Below are positions 25,366 to 38,200 of a stretch of 64,000 nucleotides of DNA, piece by piece (within the stretch, counting starts at the first letter, position 1; the number at the start of each line of letters is the position of its first letter). Below the pieces are notes generated by a model, which had not been told where the DNA came from, ran no database searches, and saw only the letters and a list, made by a program, of their open reading frames with translations. Both the position numbers and the translations under genes were made by a program. The stretch spans positions 7,502,001 through 7,566,000 of the forward strand of contig CP075497.1 in assembly GCA_021613535.1 (NCBI GenBank), in the 5' to 3' direction. The DNA is from Adineta vaga (lineage: Eukaryota; Animalia; Rotifera).

Positions 25366-26149
25366 CTACACCATTGTGTTTAGTCTTACATAAAAGTTAA
25401 TTATTTACTTCATATAATATATGTATATATTTTTCATACTCGTGCAATAGAGTGGTTGAAGCAGTTGTCAGCAATTTAATCTGCATTAATTTCATATCTT
25501 AAGAAGACAATACGCAAATATGGTGGTGTTTTTGACCTTTACAATTTTATAAGATGCGAGCAAAGAATATTTTTCTCTGAATTCTTATCGTAAAAATATC
25601 TCGAACTAAATGTTGATACACTTGTTTTTTCATTGTTGGATGAAAAAAATGGCGTTCGTTTTTTTATCTTTCCTCTTTTTTCCAACATAGAATAAGACGT
25701 CATTGCACAAACGTATCACACTGATGGTAGATTTTTTCTTCCAACATCCTTTTTTCAGTCTGTGTATACATTTTCTAACACGTGTCTACATAGTTTGAAT
25801 AAATACTTGCTTTCAAATTTGTCACAGTTAGAAAATTTTCAAATACCAATAGAAAGGTAAAAAAATATGTCAGAATAGCAGACAATCATTTTGTGTTTTT
25901 TGAGGAATATAAATTGAGGCTTTTCATCGGCACATTACTAACCAATTTTGGTCGGTTGTGAATTTGGTTTTGATACTGTTTAAAAAGATGGCTTTTAGAT
26001 ATGACTTCTGTCATAGCTTGCCTTAGAGTCGTATTTATATAGTCTCGAATTTTGTACGTAGACAAATATCTATATGCTGTATACTGTCAACTTGAAATTT
26101 ATTCTATGATTGCTTAAGTATTTCTAGATTAAACTCAGATATCTGTTGT

Positions 26150-29100
26150 ATGTCTATTACATCGGGATATTTACCTACATGCAATCCAAATATTGTTCCT
26201 CATGTAGCTAACACATCATATCCATTCACACCACGCCGAGCAGCTGATACAACTGGTCGCTTTGGTTTACTTTATGATGCATCTTGTGATAAAATGCTTC
26301 ACAGTTCATATACAAATCTTCGCAAAATAACAGTACAATCATCACAGAAGCCACAATGCTATACAAAAACGTGCACAACAGATCAAACTCGTAATCTTTT
26401 AAAATGGTACAATATATATTCTGAATTAAGACTGAGTATTGCATTAGAAATGCTTCCAGCGGTCGGCGTAGGTGCATTGAATAACTATTCTTATCCAATC
26501 AATAAATACACTCGCTTTATCTGCTACAATTATATTAGTCACACAGAATATTTATCAAATGAAGACTTTCTTGTCAGAAATACAACAGCACCATCGTATC
26601 TGGATCCCCTCGCTACACATATTATTGTTCTAGTTAACTGGAGTATTACAGCAGTTGCCATCATACAATTACCACCTGAAGACGAGTTAGTTAAAGATAT
26701 CGATCTTGCTACGGATAAACTATGTTCAATCTTAAGTCATGATCAAGCACCTTCAAAACTTTCAGCTGATGAAGAATTTTATCTTAAAAAGATCATTTCA
26801 ACAAAAATATTTTCCAACATTGATCAACTTTCTGAAGTCAATTCAATCATTGATTTTTACAATACTATTCTTCGCTTTGAGAATAAGGTCAATATTCACA
26901 AACCCTATAACTATAATCTTTGTTATCTTGAACATTTTTTTGATCGCACAAGCGGGCTACAGTTCAGGTCCAAAGAGTTGATATCTACTTGCAGACGTGA
27001 ACTTGAATGTTATCTTATTCAGTTATCAATCGATTTCAAATCACTTAGAACAAAAATCAAACAAGACTATCCAAATATAGAAGGAACTCGGACGCATCAA
27101 CTGAATCATGTTTGCACTGTATGGTCCGATTTCGAGAAGCTATACAGACATAGAATCGAACAACTGCGAGACTTAGTGATCAAAGTACGGCAACGTAATG
27201 TCGAAGATGATCACATTCATCACGCATTAAATGACAATATAGGCTACGTACTACAGAAGCAAATAGAAGAACTAGGTTCCTGTTTAGGCAAGTTACGGGA
27301 GAAAGAAGCATTTATTGATGATTTGTTACAAAAACACATCGAATATCGAGATGCAGCCGATTACAACATAAGCAGCAAGGATGATCAAGAATCAGTTAGA
27401 CATAAACTGAACGTAGGTCTGAATCGTGAAACAATTATTTGTTCTACTGATCGACTCTACAAAGAGAAGTATTCTGAGTGGCGTAATCTGGCCTCACAAC
27501 TACTGAAAGAACGTGATCAGAACTCTCAATTGCAGCTCGTCTATGTTGATTTCACTGATTGTTCATATGCATTGTGTAATTTTCTTGTCTTTCCTTCCAT
27601 ACGAACGAACGACAATGCCAAGCAACCACTGTCGTTATCGACAACATCATCTTCAGCATCATCACAGCCAAGAATGACTACACCGTCATCAAATAAATCA
27701 CCATCGACACCCACAATATCATCTGACCAACCAAAGTCAACAACAACAACAACAACAGCAGATGAACCATCATCAAAGCCACAGCAAAGCGATGATCAGA
27801 TTAAAAATATTCTTCTCGTTGGCGAATCTGGAGTAGGAAAATCGACTTTCATCAATGCACTAGTCAACTATCTTCGCTTTGATTCACTCGAACAAGCTCG
27901 CAAGAAACCTATTGTTCTCATGCCTGTTTCATTTATCATGACAGTTGATGACAATTTTACCGAACAACACATCAAACTCGATGGAGAAGACAATGTTAGT
28001 AGTGAAGATTTTAGTGATTGTGGTCTATCTGTTACTCAACATTGCAAATCATACCTCATAACTCTTCCCACTGGACTAGGTTCAAAAAGAAAAGTACGCA
28101 TCATCGACACTCCTGGCATTGGAGATGTTCGTGGTCTAGCACAAGATGATGCTAACATGCAACATATTCTTTCATTTGTGAACAATCTAACGCATCTGAA
28201 TGCTATTTGCATTTTGATGAAACCAAATACCACTCGACTGAACGTATTCTTTCGTGAATGCTTTTTGCAGTTGTATGATTTTCTTGGCGATGATGCTCGT
28301 GAAAAGATCCTCTTCTGCTTCACAAATGCAAGGTCAACATTCTATACACCAGGAAATACAGCTCCTCTGCTGAAACAATTGCTACAATCATTACCAGGAA
28401 AACAAATACCTTTCACAAAACAGAATACATTTTGCTATGATAGCGAATCATTTCGCTATCTCGTCGCAGTAGAAAGTGGAATACAATTTGACAATGATCA
28501 GAAACAAGAGTACACAGAGAGCTGGAAGAGATCGTCCGGTGAGGCAGAACGTTTGCTCGATCATATTTGCAACCTCATGACAACACCCGTTAGTCCTGGT
28601 ACTATCAAATCAGTCAAACATGCTCATGTTGATATCAATCACATGATACGTCCTCTGTTGGAAACAATACGAAATACTCTTCGAAATATCATTTTACAAT
28701 CAGATCGATCTTGTAAAAATGCAATCGAACTATGTCCCAGATTGATTAAGATAAGCACTGCCATCTGTTCAAAATGTACACGGTCACTTCGTCCACTCGA
28801 TAACTTTTGGATCTTTGCTGATAATTTGCACGTCTCCTATAACAGATGTCGGACGTGTGATTGTGATGCAGATCATCACTTTCCGATCGATTATGAACTT
28901 GAATACAAGCTTTGTCAACAAGATGCTAACAACACTGAACGTGATATGCTAAGAACAGTAGATGAACTTTGTGAGACAAGTGCAGAATTTAGTTTCTTTC
29001 TTTTGAAAGATGTTGAATCGTCTCGTCAAGATCCATTTTTGTTAGGATTCAAGAGAATGATCAAGGAAGAGGCTGATATCTGCGCTGAAAAGGAAGAAAA

Positions 29101-29323
29101 TACTCTAAATACCAAGCTTCGAGATGCACTTGAAGAAATCAAAAAGAAGTATGAAGACAGAAAGCTGAAATTGAAGGCGGAGAATGCGGAACTATCTGTG
29201 GCTGACATATATAGTAAAATGGAGAATATAAACAGAAATAAAATGGTGGCGTCACAAATGGCTGCTATGCAACAATGGCAAAAATATATGATAAGACACT
29301 ATGAATACAGATTGACAGTTTGA
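26150..29323 (+). CDS. Stonustoxin/MACPF-like N-terminus + septin/AIG1-like GTPase + Cys/His-rich and coiled-coil C-terminus (copy 1, 1057 aa)
   Basis: G1 GESGVGKST, G2 region SVTQ, G3 IIDTPG, FCFTNAR; N-terminal GLLYDA..D and ATHIIVLVNW; intronless CDS. Confidence 0.8.
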   Translation: MSITSGYLPTCNPNIVPHVANTSYPFTPRRAADTTGRFGLLYDASCDKMLHSSYTNLRKITVQSSQKPQCYTKTCTTDQTRNLLKWYNIYSELRLSIALEMLPAVGVGALNNYSYPINKYTRFICYNYISHTEYLSNEDFLVRNTTAPSYLDPLATHIIVLVNWSITAVAIIQLPPEDELVKDIDLATDKLCSILSHDQAPSKLSADEEFYLKKIISTKIFSNIDQLSEVNSIIDFYNTILRFENKVNIHKPYNYNLCYLEHFFDRTSGLQFRSKELISTCRRELECYLIQLSIDFKSLRTKIKQDYPNIEGTRTHQLNHVCTVWSDFEKLYRHRIEQLRDLVIKVRQRNVEDDHIHHALNDNIGYVLQKQIEELGSCLGKLREKEAFIDDLLQKHIEYRDAADYNISSKDDQESVRHKLNVGLNRETIICSTDRLYKEKYSEWRNLASQLLKERDQNSQLQLVYVDFTDCSYALCNFLVFPSIRTNDNAKQPLSLSTTSSSASSQPRMTTPSSNKSPSTPTISSDQPKSTTTTTTADEPSSKPQQSDDQIKNILLVGESGVGKSTFINALVNYLRFDSLEQARKKPIVLMPVSFIMTVDDNFTEQHIKLDGEDNVSSEDFSDCGLSVTQHCKSYLITLPTGLGSKRKVRIIDTPGIGDVRGLAQDDANMQHILSFVNNLTHLNAICILMKPNTTRLNVFFRECFLQLYDFLGDDAREKILFCFTNARSTFYTPGNTAPLLKQLLQSLPGKQIPFTKQNTFCYDSESFRYLVAVESGIQFDNDQKQEYTESWKRSSGEAERLLDHICNLMTTPVSPGTIKSVKHAHVDINHMIRPLLETIRNTLRNIILQSDRSCKNAIELCPRLIKISTAICSKCTRSLRPLDNFWIFADNLHVSYNRCRTCDCDADHHFPIDYELEYKLCQQDANNTERDMLRTVDELCETSAEFSFFLLKDVESSRQDPFLLGFKRMIKEEADICAEKEENTLNTKLRDALEEIKKKYEDRKLKLKAENAELSVADIYSKMENINRNKMVASQMAAMQQWQKYMIRHYEYRLTV

Positions 29324-31892
29324 AAAAGAAAATATTACATATATAAATATACTTTACATTTTTTTCGATTCCGAATCGTTAAAATAAAATGCATTGTGAA
29401 GCATATGCGTTAGTAAATTTTTTTATAGAATTTCTGAAGAAAAACATTCTTTATCATTACTCCTTTTTTTATAGAAATACATCGTCGAAAAATTGTGTAC
29501 GTTTAGCAATTATCGTGTTTTGATTGTTTCTGCCACATTTGTGTGATGAATTAATGATTATAAGGAGCGAGTGCGACTGAATTTGCATTTCTAATATATT
29601 ATATCTAGTATGATGCAACGGTTCTTCGAAAACTCCAAGTTCTTGCGAAACCAGATCAAATAAGATGTATTGAAAACAAATCAATTATTTTAGGAAAAAT
29701 AAAATATGAGTACAGAAGAATAGTTCAATTTATTGCCTCTTCTTTATTTTATGACTTTTCATGGCATATGTTGACTTCATTGATGGACAAAATACGATTT
29801 AGTGGGTTTCTTGATATAGAAGGACAACTGAATATTTTTTGTCTTACTAGTCAAATGCATAGATTAATTATATTAGAAATGACAAGATTTCCGAAAGAAA
29901 AATATCTTCCTAACTATATACGTGAATATAAAAGAATGTTAACATAATTTATTATATAAACTACTATACAAAAGAACATCAAATTATACATACTAAACAT
30001 AAATAAGCACAGAATTGTTCTAGTGAAAATCCTTTTGATAATATTTTTGTTCATTTTAAAACTAAAGTGAAAAAGTATAGGCATCATTCAAAACTAAGTT
30101 TCTTATTCTTCAATACAATACTTCTAAGAGAAGAAAGTGTTCAACGATTTTTTCTGATAAAAGAATCAAATGCTCCTCGAAGTAATTTATAGTGAAGAAG
30201 AAAAGGAGTAGAGATTCTATGCAAATCATGTGAATAGAATTTTCTATCATTTACGAATGGGAAATATTGAATGATACATTAAAGTTTGTAGTTGATAAAG
30301 AGAAAAGTGGGGAATCTCTTTCAAGAAACTATCATTTCATCGAAAACAGAGTGCGGATGAAAAATTATACAACAACTATGAGAAAAATGTGGCAAACTAA
30401 TGTGAATCTTACGATAAACCTTTCGTGTTGTAGTTAAAAAGAGTGGGTTATTTCTTTTTTTTCTTGTCAAATACTTTGTATGAATAAACTTAGTGAACAT
30501 TTCTGATAATGCTTTTTACTGCTTTTTTTACAGTTTATCAATAATTTTTGTTGACAACTTGATTTATATCTGTTCTATTCACATTGTTACGAAAATCATT
30601 TCAGCATTAATGCATTATTAGATGAAATGTAAAATATTTCGACGATAGTCACAACAAATTCTTCGAACAGAATCAATGTTTTTCCACATGCACCGAGAAT
30701 TTGGTTTCAACTCTAGAAAAGATCATATAAATTCTCTAGTAGCTATACAACGGGAATACTTAGTAAATGCAAAATATATTTCGCAAATTTTCAGTGTCAT
30801 ATATAAGAATGAATATAAGATAGTTTTCGTCAAGTTTGTAAAACTGGGTGATAGTTTTTTTAATATAAATTTCATACGAATATGTACTGGTCCATGTGCA
30901 GTTCAGATAAGATGTGAATTTAGAGAGGCAAAAGCATTTATTTTTTAAAAAGAAAGTTACCGTTCGAGTGATTCGAACTTTAATATGTTTAGCGGTATTG
31001 TGTGTGCGAATGTAAGAAAGTCCTACATTTTATGTCGCTACATATGAATAATAACATCATAGGTTTGTAACATAGTAATAAATCATTGTAACTGATTGAA
31101 TCTCTTTCGGGAAAAATGCCAAGAGTAGATGAAAATTCATATCACGAAGTTTTTCTTAGAAATCTGAACTTTGCTGTTTATAATGCTGTTTTGAACATTA
31201 GTTCATTTTTTAATTAGTTGTACAATAATGATTACACTTTAGAAGATCGGTTCGTGTCTCTAGAATGTATTAATGATTATAATACTTTAGTTTGCTTCGC
31301 ATATATTTTATATACAACATATATCAGTGACCTCTATAAATGACTCAGATTTGAATTATTATTAACAAGATCCAACGATTATAATGTAAAAGTCTGAAAA
31401 TGTGTAATGATTGATTATTTCAGATTAATTACAAATACATCGAAATATGTTGCTTGATTACCTGCCGCACGAAATGCAAGATGATCTGCCTATATGTCAG
31501 CAACTTTTCAGAAGTCAAGGACACTTATCACTATTATTGAGCATTGAAAAGTAAAGAATTCGCTCTCATTTGTAAAAAAATTTTTAACCAATATCAAAGT
31601 ACTTAATCCACATTTCAAGAATTATTTATGATTTCATCATTTCATGTTGCGATAAACAGCACCTTTCAACTTTTAGGAGAATTTGTTTTGTTACTTTCTT
31701 CCGACATGTCTTTAAGATGCTTACGAAGACACGTCAACAATAGTAAATATGTTTTTCTTTCTGTAACCCTTTAAACAGCGTGCGGTTTAAACATTCTTAC
31801 AACGTGTCTCATATCACTAACCATTTTCAAGGGAATCGTACAGAGAAATTACTTGTTTAAGTATTTCTAGATTAAACTCAGATATCTGTTGT

Positions 31893-34800
31893 ATGTCTAT
31901 TACATCGGGATATTTACCTACATGCAATCCAGGTTTAACTCCCATAGTCGCTGAGAGATCCTCTCGGTTCACACCACGTCGAGCCATTGACACAACCGGT
32001 CTTCTTGGCTCACTTTACGATGCATCTTGTGATAAAATGCTTCACAGTTCATATCCAAATCTTCGCAAAACAACAGTACAATCATCACAGAAGCCACACT
32101 GCTATACAAAAACGTACACAACAGATCAAACTCGAAATCTTTTAGAATGCCACAATATACATCAAGAATTAAGACTGAGTATTGTATTAGAAATGCTTCC
32201 AGCGATCGGCGTGGGTGCATTGAAACGCTATTCTCATCCGATGGATAAATACACTCGCTTTATCTGCTACAAATATATTAGTCACACAGAATATTTATTG
32301 GATTATGACTTTGATAATAGAAACAAAACACCACCATCGTTACTGGATCCTCTCGCTACACATGTTATTGTCCTGGTTAATTGGGGCATTGATGCACTTG
32401 CTATTATTCAACTACCATCTGAAGACGAGTTAGTTAAACATATCGATCTGGCTACGGATAAACTCTGTTCCATTTTAAGTCATGATCAAGCATCTTCAAA
32501 ACTTTCCGCTGATGACCAGTTTTATCTTAAAAAGATCACTTCAACAAAAATATTTTCCAACATTGATCAACTTTCTAAAGTTAATTCAATCATTGATTTT
32601 TACAATACTATTCTTAGCATTAAAAATGATACCAGTATTCACCAACCCTATAACTATAATCTCTGTTCTCTTGAACATTTTTTTGATCGGCGAAGCGGGC
32701 TACAGTTCAGGTTCAAAGAGTTGATACCTACTTGCAGACGTGAACTTGAATGTTATCTTATTCAGTTATCAATCGATTTCAACTCACTTAGAACAAAAAT
32801 CAAACAAGACTATCCAAATGTAGAACGTACTCGAAAGCATCAATTGGATCATGTTCATACTCAATGGTCCGATTTGAAAGAGGTATACCAATATAGAATT
32901 AAACAACTGCGAGACTTAGTGATCAATGTACGGCGACGTAATGTCGAAGATGATCGCATTCTTCAGGCATTAAATGACAATATAGGCTACGTACTACAGA
33001 AGAAAATGCAAGATCTAGGTTCCTGTTTAGGCAAGTTACGGGAGAAAGAAACATTTATTGATGATTTGTTACAAAAACACATCGAATATCAAGATGCAAC
33101 CTATTACGAGATAAGCAGCAAGGATGATCAAGAATCAGTTAGACATAAACTTAACGTAGGTTTGAATTGTGAAACAATTATTTGTTCTACTGACCGACTC
33201 TACAAAGAGAAGTATTCTGAGTGGTGTAATCTGTCCTCACAACTACTGAAAGAACGTGATCAGAACTCTCAATTGCAGCTCGTCTATGTTGATTTCACTG
33301 ATTGTTCATATGCATTGTGTAATTTTCTTGTCTTTCCTTCCATACGAACGAACGACAATGCCAAGCAACCACTGTCGTTATCGACAACAGCATCTTCAGC
33401 ATCATCACAGCCAAGAATAACTATACCGTCATTAAAGCAATCACCATCGACACCCACAATATCATCTGACCAACCAAAGTCAACAACAACAACAGCAACA
33501 GATGAACCATCATCAAAGCCACAGCAAAGCGATGATCAGATTAAAAATATTCTTCTCGTTGGCGAATCTGGAGTAGGAAAATCGACTTTCATCAATGCAC
33601 TAGTCAACTATCTTCGCTTTGATTCACTCGAACAAGCTCGCAAGAAACCTATTGTTCTCATGCCTGTTTCATTTATCATGACAGTTGATGACAATTTTAC
33701 CGAACAACACATCAAATTCGAGGGAGAAGACAATGTTAGTAGTGAAGATTTTAGTGATTGTGGTCTATCTGTTACTCAACATTGCAAATCATACCTCATA
33801 ACTTTTCGCATGGGTCATCGTCGAAAAAAGAACTTTCGTATTATCGATACTCCCACTATAGGGCCAGATGATGCTAACATGCAACATATTCTATCATTTG
33901 TGAACAATCTAACGCATCTGAATGCAATTTGCATTCTGATGAAACCAAATACCACTCGACTGAACGTATTCTTTCGTGAATGCTTTTTGCAGTTGTATGA
34001 TTTTCTTGGCGATGATGCTCGTGAAAAGATCCTCTTCTGCTTCACAAATGCAAGGTCAACATTCTATACACCAGGAAATACAGCTCCTCTACTGAAACAA
34101 TTGCTACAATCATTACCAGGAAAACAAATACCTTTCACAAAACAGAATACATTTTGTTTCGAGAATATATCAATTCGCTATCTCGTCGCAGTAGAAAATG
34201 GAATAAAATTTGACAACGATCAAAAACAAATATGTAAAGATAGTTGGAAGAGATCATCCGGTGAGGCAGAACGTTTGCTCGATCATATTTGCAACCTCAT
34301 GACAACACCCGTTAGTCCTGGTACTATCAAATCAGTCAAACATGCTCATGTTGATATCAATCACATGATACGTCCTCTGTTGGAAACAATACGAAATACT
34401 CTTCGAAATATCATTTTACAATCAGATCGATCTTGTAAAAATGCAATCGAACTATGTCCCAGATTGATTAAGATAAGCACTGCCATCTGTTCAAAATGTG
34501 CACGATCACTTCGTCCACTCGATAACTTTTGGATCTTTGCTGATAGTTTACACGTCTCCTATAACAGATGTCGGACGTGTGATTGTGATGCAGATCATCA
34601 CTTTCCGATCGATTATGAACTTGAATACAAGCTTTGTCAACAAGATGCTAACAACACTGACCGTGATATGCTAAGAACAGTAGATGAACTTTGTGAGACA
34701 AGTGCAGCATTTAGTTTCTTTCTTTTGAAAGATATTGAATCGTCTCGTCAAGACCCATTTTTGTTAGGATTCAAGAGAATGATCAAGGAAGAGGCTGATA

Positions 34801-35045
34801 TCTGCGCTGAAAAGGAACAAAATAATCTCAATACCAAGCTTCGAGATGCACTTGAAGAAATCAAAAAGAAGTATGAAGACAGAAAGCTGAAATTGAAGGC
34901 GGAGAATGCGGAACTATCTGTGGCTGACATATATAGTAAAATGGAGAATATAAACAGAAATAAAATGGTGGCGTCACAAATGGCTGCTACGCAACAATGG
35001 CAAAAATATATGATAACATACTATGAATACAGATTGACAATTTGA
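31893..35045 (+). CDS. Tandem paralog of the stonustoxin-like/GTPase gene (copy 2, 1050 aa) with altered G3 (DTPT)
   Basis: Colinear with copy 1, and most of the C-terminal half is near-identical. G3 reads IIDTPTIGP with a 6-codon deletion. Confidence 0.8.
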   Translation: MSITSGYLPTCNPGLTPIVAERSSRFTPRRAIDTTGLLGSLYDASCDKMLHSSYPNLRKTTVQSSQKPHCYTKTYTTDQTRNLLECHNIHQELRLSIVLEMLPAIGVGALKRYSHPMDKYTRFICYKYISHTEYLLDYDFDNRNKTPPSLLDPLATHVIVLVNWGIDALAIIQLPSEDELVKHIDLATDKLCSILSHDQASSKLSADDQFYLKKITSTKIFSNIDQLSKVNSIIDFYNTILSIKNDTSIHQPYNYNLCSLEHFFDRRSGLQFRFKELIPTCRRELECYLIQLSIDFNSLRTKIKQDYPNVERTRKHQLDHVHTQWSDLKEVYQYRIKQLRDLVINVRRRNVEDDRILQALNDNIGYVLQKKMQDLGSCLGKLREKETFIDDLLQKHIEYQDATYYEISSKDDQESVRHKLNVGLNCETIICSTDRLYKEKYSEWCNLSSQLLKERDQNSQLQLVYVDFTDCSYALCNFLVFPSIRTNDNAKQPLSLSTTASSASSQPRITIPSLKQSPSTPTISSDQPKSTTTTATDEPSSKPQQSDDQIKNILLVGESGVGKSTFINALVNYLRFDSLEQARKKPIVLMPVSFIMTVDDNFTEQHIKFEGEDNVSSEDFSDCGLSVTQHCKSYLITFRMGHRRKKNFRIIDTPTIGPDDANMQHILSFVNNLTHLNAICILMKPNTTRLNVFFRECFLQLYDFLGDDAREKILFCFTNARSTFYTPGNTAPLLKQLLQSLPGKQIPFTKQNTFCFENISIRYLVAVENGIKFDNDQKQICKDSWKRSSGEAERLLDHICNLMTTPVSPGTIKSVKHAHVDINHMIRPLLETIRNTLRNIILQSDRSCKNAIELCPRLIKISTAICSKCARSLRPLDNFWIFADSLHVSYNRCRTCDCDADHHFPIDYELEYKLCQQDANNTDRDMLRTVDELCETSAAFSFFLLKDIESSRQDPFLLGFKRMIKEEADICAEKEQNNLNTKLRDALEEIKKKYEDRKLKLKAENAELSVADIYSKMENINRNKMVASQMAATQQWQKYMITYYEYRLTI

Positions 35046-35237
35046 TATGAAACTCTAATTATAATCGTAAACATTTTCTATCGATACTTTTTATATATCT
35101 ATCAATAATAAATCTATTAGAAAAATGATCAGTCAAACATTTGGATGGCAGAGGAATATAGTATGTATGAATTAATTTGATATTTATGAAATAAAAATAA
35201 AGAATTAACATGACAAGTGCATAAAGAAATGACAAGT

Positions 35238-38200
35238 TTATTCATTAACTTCAAGAATACCAGCAATAGATCGTGTTGTCCAAAATCCTTCTGTTTCTGA
35301 ACATGGTATTGTAATGGTACTAACCAAATGTTTTGCTGCTTCATTTGCACTTACTGCTCGTAGAGCTGTTAGATACACAGGACATTCATAAACATTCGTC
35401 GCATCCACTGTTTCTACGTTTTTCTAAACAAAAAACGAAATCTCAGTATTAACGAGAAATACTTCCAGTCTGTTTATCTTACTGGTATAAGTTTACAAAG
35501 GAGAGGTGGTAAACGATGACTTCGTTGTTGATCAGTACAATCAACAATCTGATGACTTTTATTATCCCATTGTGCTCCATCTAAATAGATTCCATCAATA
35601 GTAATACCATTGGAAATATCATGTGCTACCTATAATTATTTAATGTATCGTATTATTCAGAAAACTAAGAATTTCTATAACCTACAGTGGATGACTGTAA
35701 TGCTTGACGTTCTTCTTCATCGTCTAATACTTTATAGTCAAATTTCAATTGATCAATTGGTAATGCAAAGTATCGCGCTGAACTTTGAAGTATCGCAGAG
35801 AAAAGTCCTAAAAATAGCAGCGATAATGAATGATTCTAAGATGGATATACTAGTGACAAACCTTTTGGATAATAGAATGCAGCTGTATTAAACATGGTTG
35901 GCAATGGTGACAAGGCTTTTTCATCTTCGACATAAGTAATCACTAATTGAGTCCAATTCTTGAAGAATGTTATTCGTCCAAGAAGATCCGTAATCCATGC
36001 ACGAAGTGATTTTGTTGATGGATACGATTTTTTCTAAAATATTCATTTTCTTAGAAACTATCTGCTAGTTTTATTGTACAATGATACATGCATGCTGGTT
36101 TATCAAAAAAGGAAAAGTGTAGAAGAATAAGAAGTGAATGGAAATTGGAGAGAATATTTTTTTTTCTTGTTTCTTTATCAGAAGACAAAACAAAAATATC
36201 TTACACGATTTTCATGAATTAACTCCTGTTTAGTATATTAGTATTATCTAATGTAATGTTAGATCAATTATATACATACTTTCCAAACCGATGGTACTTC
36301 ATTCATTAATAAAGTACGTTGAGTCTCTTCCAAAACTTCACTAACCACTGTTTCACCAACTAGAGCTCGACGAAGATCGTCACATATTAAATATATCAAT
36401 TCAAGCAATTCATTATATGCTCGAATTTCTTGTTTAAGTAATGCAAAGTAAACAGAATAAGCTCGATATTTATTTCCTAAATGAAATATATGATCGTAGA
36501 TTAAATATTTATTGGCGAAATCTTTTACCTAATTTTATAGCAATCTTTGTTAATGCTGTTTCAAATGTAATATGACGTGCTGCTGGACCAAAACCAGTTT
36601 CAATAGACCGTGGTACTTTCGATGTAATATCTTCAATTATAACCGTGCAGGCTGCATCACTATCTGTCAATGTACTACAAATGAAAATATTCAAAACAAT
36701 TTCTATAAGCAAATAGATATTCATACCCAAATGACATCATCATACGATATTGTGGTTCCGTTGTTACTAACATATCTACTAATTCATTTGCTTGAACATA
36801 CATCAATGCTCGATTTGTATTTGGATGCATACCAAATACGCGTGGATCATCAAAATCAGGCAATGCATTGATATAAGACAATAGACCCGAAAAATTCAAA
36901 TCCAATCGTGGTGCTCTGTACGTCTAAATATGTATAAAGATGATTGATTACGAAAAAAACGAATCATGAAGAATGTTTTACATCATCCCCTGCATACGAA
37001 TAATCTTCTTTCAAAGTTTCAGGACAATAGAATCGTTCAATAATTCGTAACAATCTTCGTCGATCAAATTCATCTGTAACTCGACCACCATAAATGATTG
37101 AACCAGCAAGATAACAAAAGACATCAAATGGTGGTATTTGATCTTTAGAACGACGTACAAGACTTTCCAGTTCTAGTACGGCGACTTCCAAATCAGATTG
37201 ATTGAATTCATAACTTAAATTCCATCCTAACGCACCAAATTTTTTACGTTCATGTATAACAGCATGAAAAAATGCTAGATTAAATACTAAACGACGCCAA
37301 TAGGGTCCTATGTATTGATTAAAAAGATAATCTTCACAAAACAGTTAGTAGAAGAACAACTTTACCTAATGTATTTTTTTCGTAGACTTTTTCATTGACA
37401 ATACCAGTAGGTGCAAAAGTTTGAAGTAAACTACTCTTTAAACCTCTTGGCCATTCAACACTCATCTAAATATATGATGGAAAACATTCTTTTTGAGAAT
37501 ACAGTAATCAACAATACAAACTTTAAGACCAAGTTGTAATAATTCCAAAGGAAAATTTTTATCCGGTTTTGAAGATAAAAACAATCGAAATTGACTATCA
37601 AGTTCAAGGCCAGGTTTATTGAAACTAAACCAGTAGAAATATTAGATAAAAGTATGAATGAAACTACCGAAATATTATTACTTATTAACAAGTACACGAA
37701 GTCGTGGCATAAACGATGCACTGAGATGGCAATTATGTAAAAATATCCAACGACCTTTTAATGTTAAAGCTTTCGATAGAACTTCTTCTACTTTTGGTCC
37801 TTGACCTTGACCTAATGAAATTACATCTAGATGTGCTGCTGTTCCACGTGTTTCTCTTGCAAAACGAATAAGAAGACTAGTTGGATCGGTACCTACAACG
37901 TAATGAAAACATTTCCCTCAACTATTCACAAAACAAACGAAAAATATACCAGGAGAAAGTAAAAGAATGATTGGTGCTTGTGGTGATGAATGTGTATATA
38001 TATCTTGTATATTTGCAAAACCTGATGATAAAAAGTTGCTACCCATCTGATCTGCAACATACTGTGAAATTGATGGCAATAATGTATCAGGCCGAAGAAT
38101 TTTTATAGTTAGTAAACAGCAGAAACGAGTTAAATCACTATATTTTTCATGTCGAGTCAAATAACTATATGGATTTGAATGTTTGAAAAACTCTTGATCC

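Noticed and set aside
29400-31800. Spacer between the GTPase paralogs with short coding-like stretches (possible pseudogene or TE relic)
   Set aside because: No recognisable motif, terminal repeats or sustained reading frame.
35700-35760. Suspected frameshift near the dynein C-terminus
   Set aside because: Recounting gives TAT AAA GTA TTA GAC; the frame is intact.
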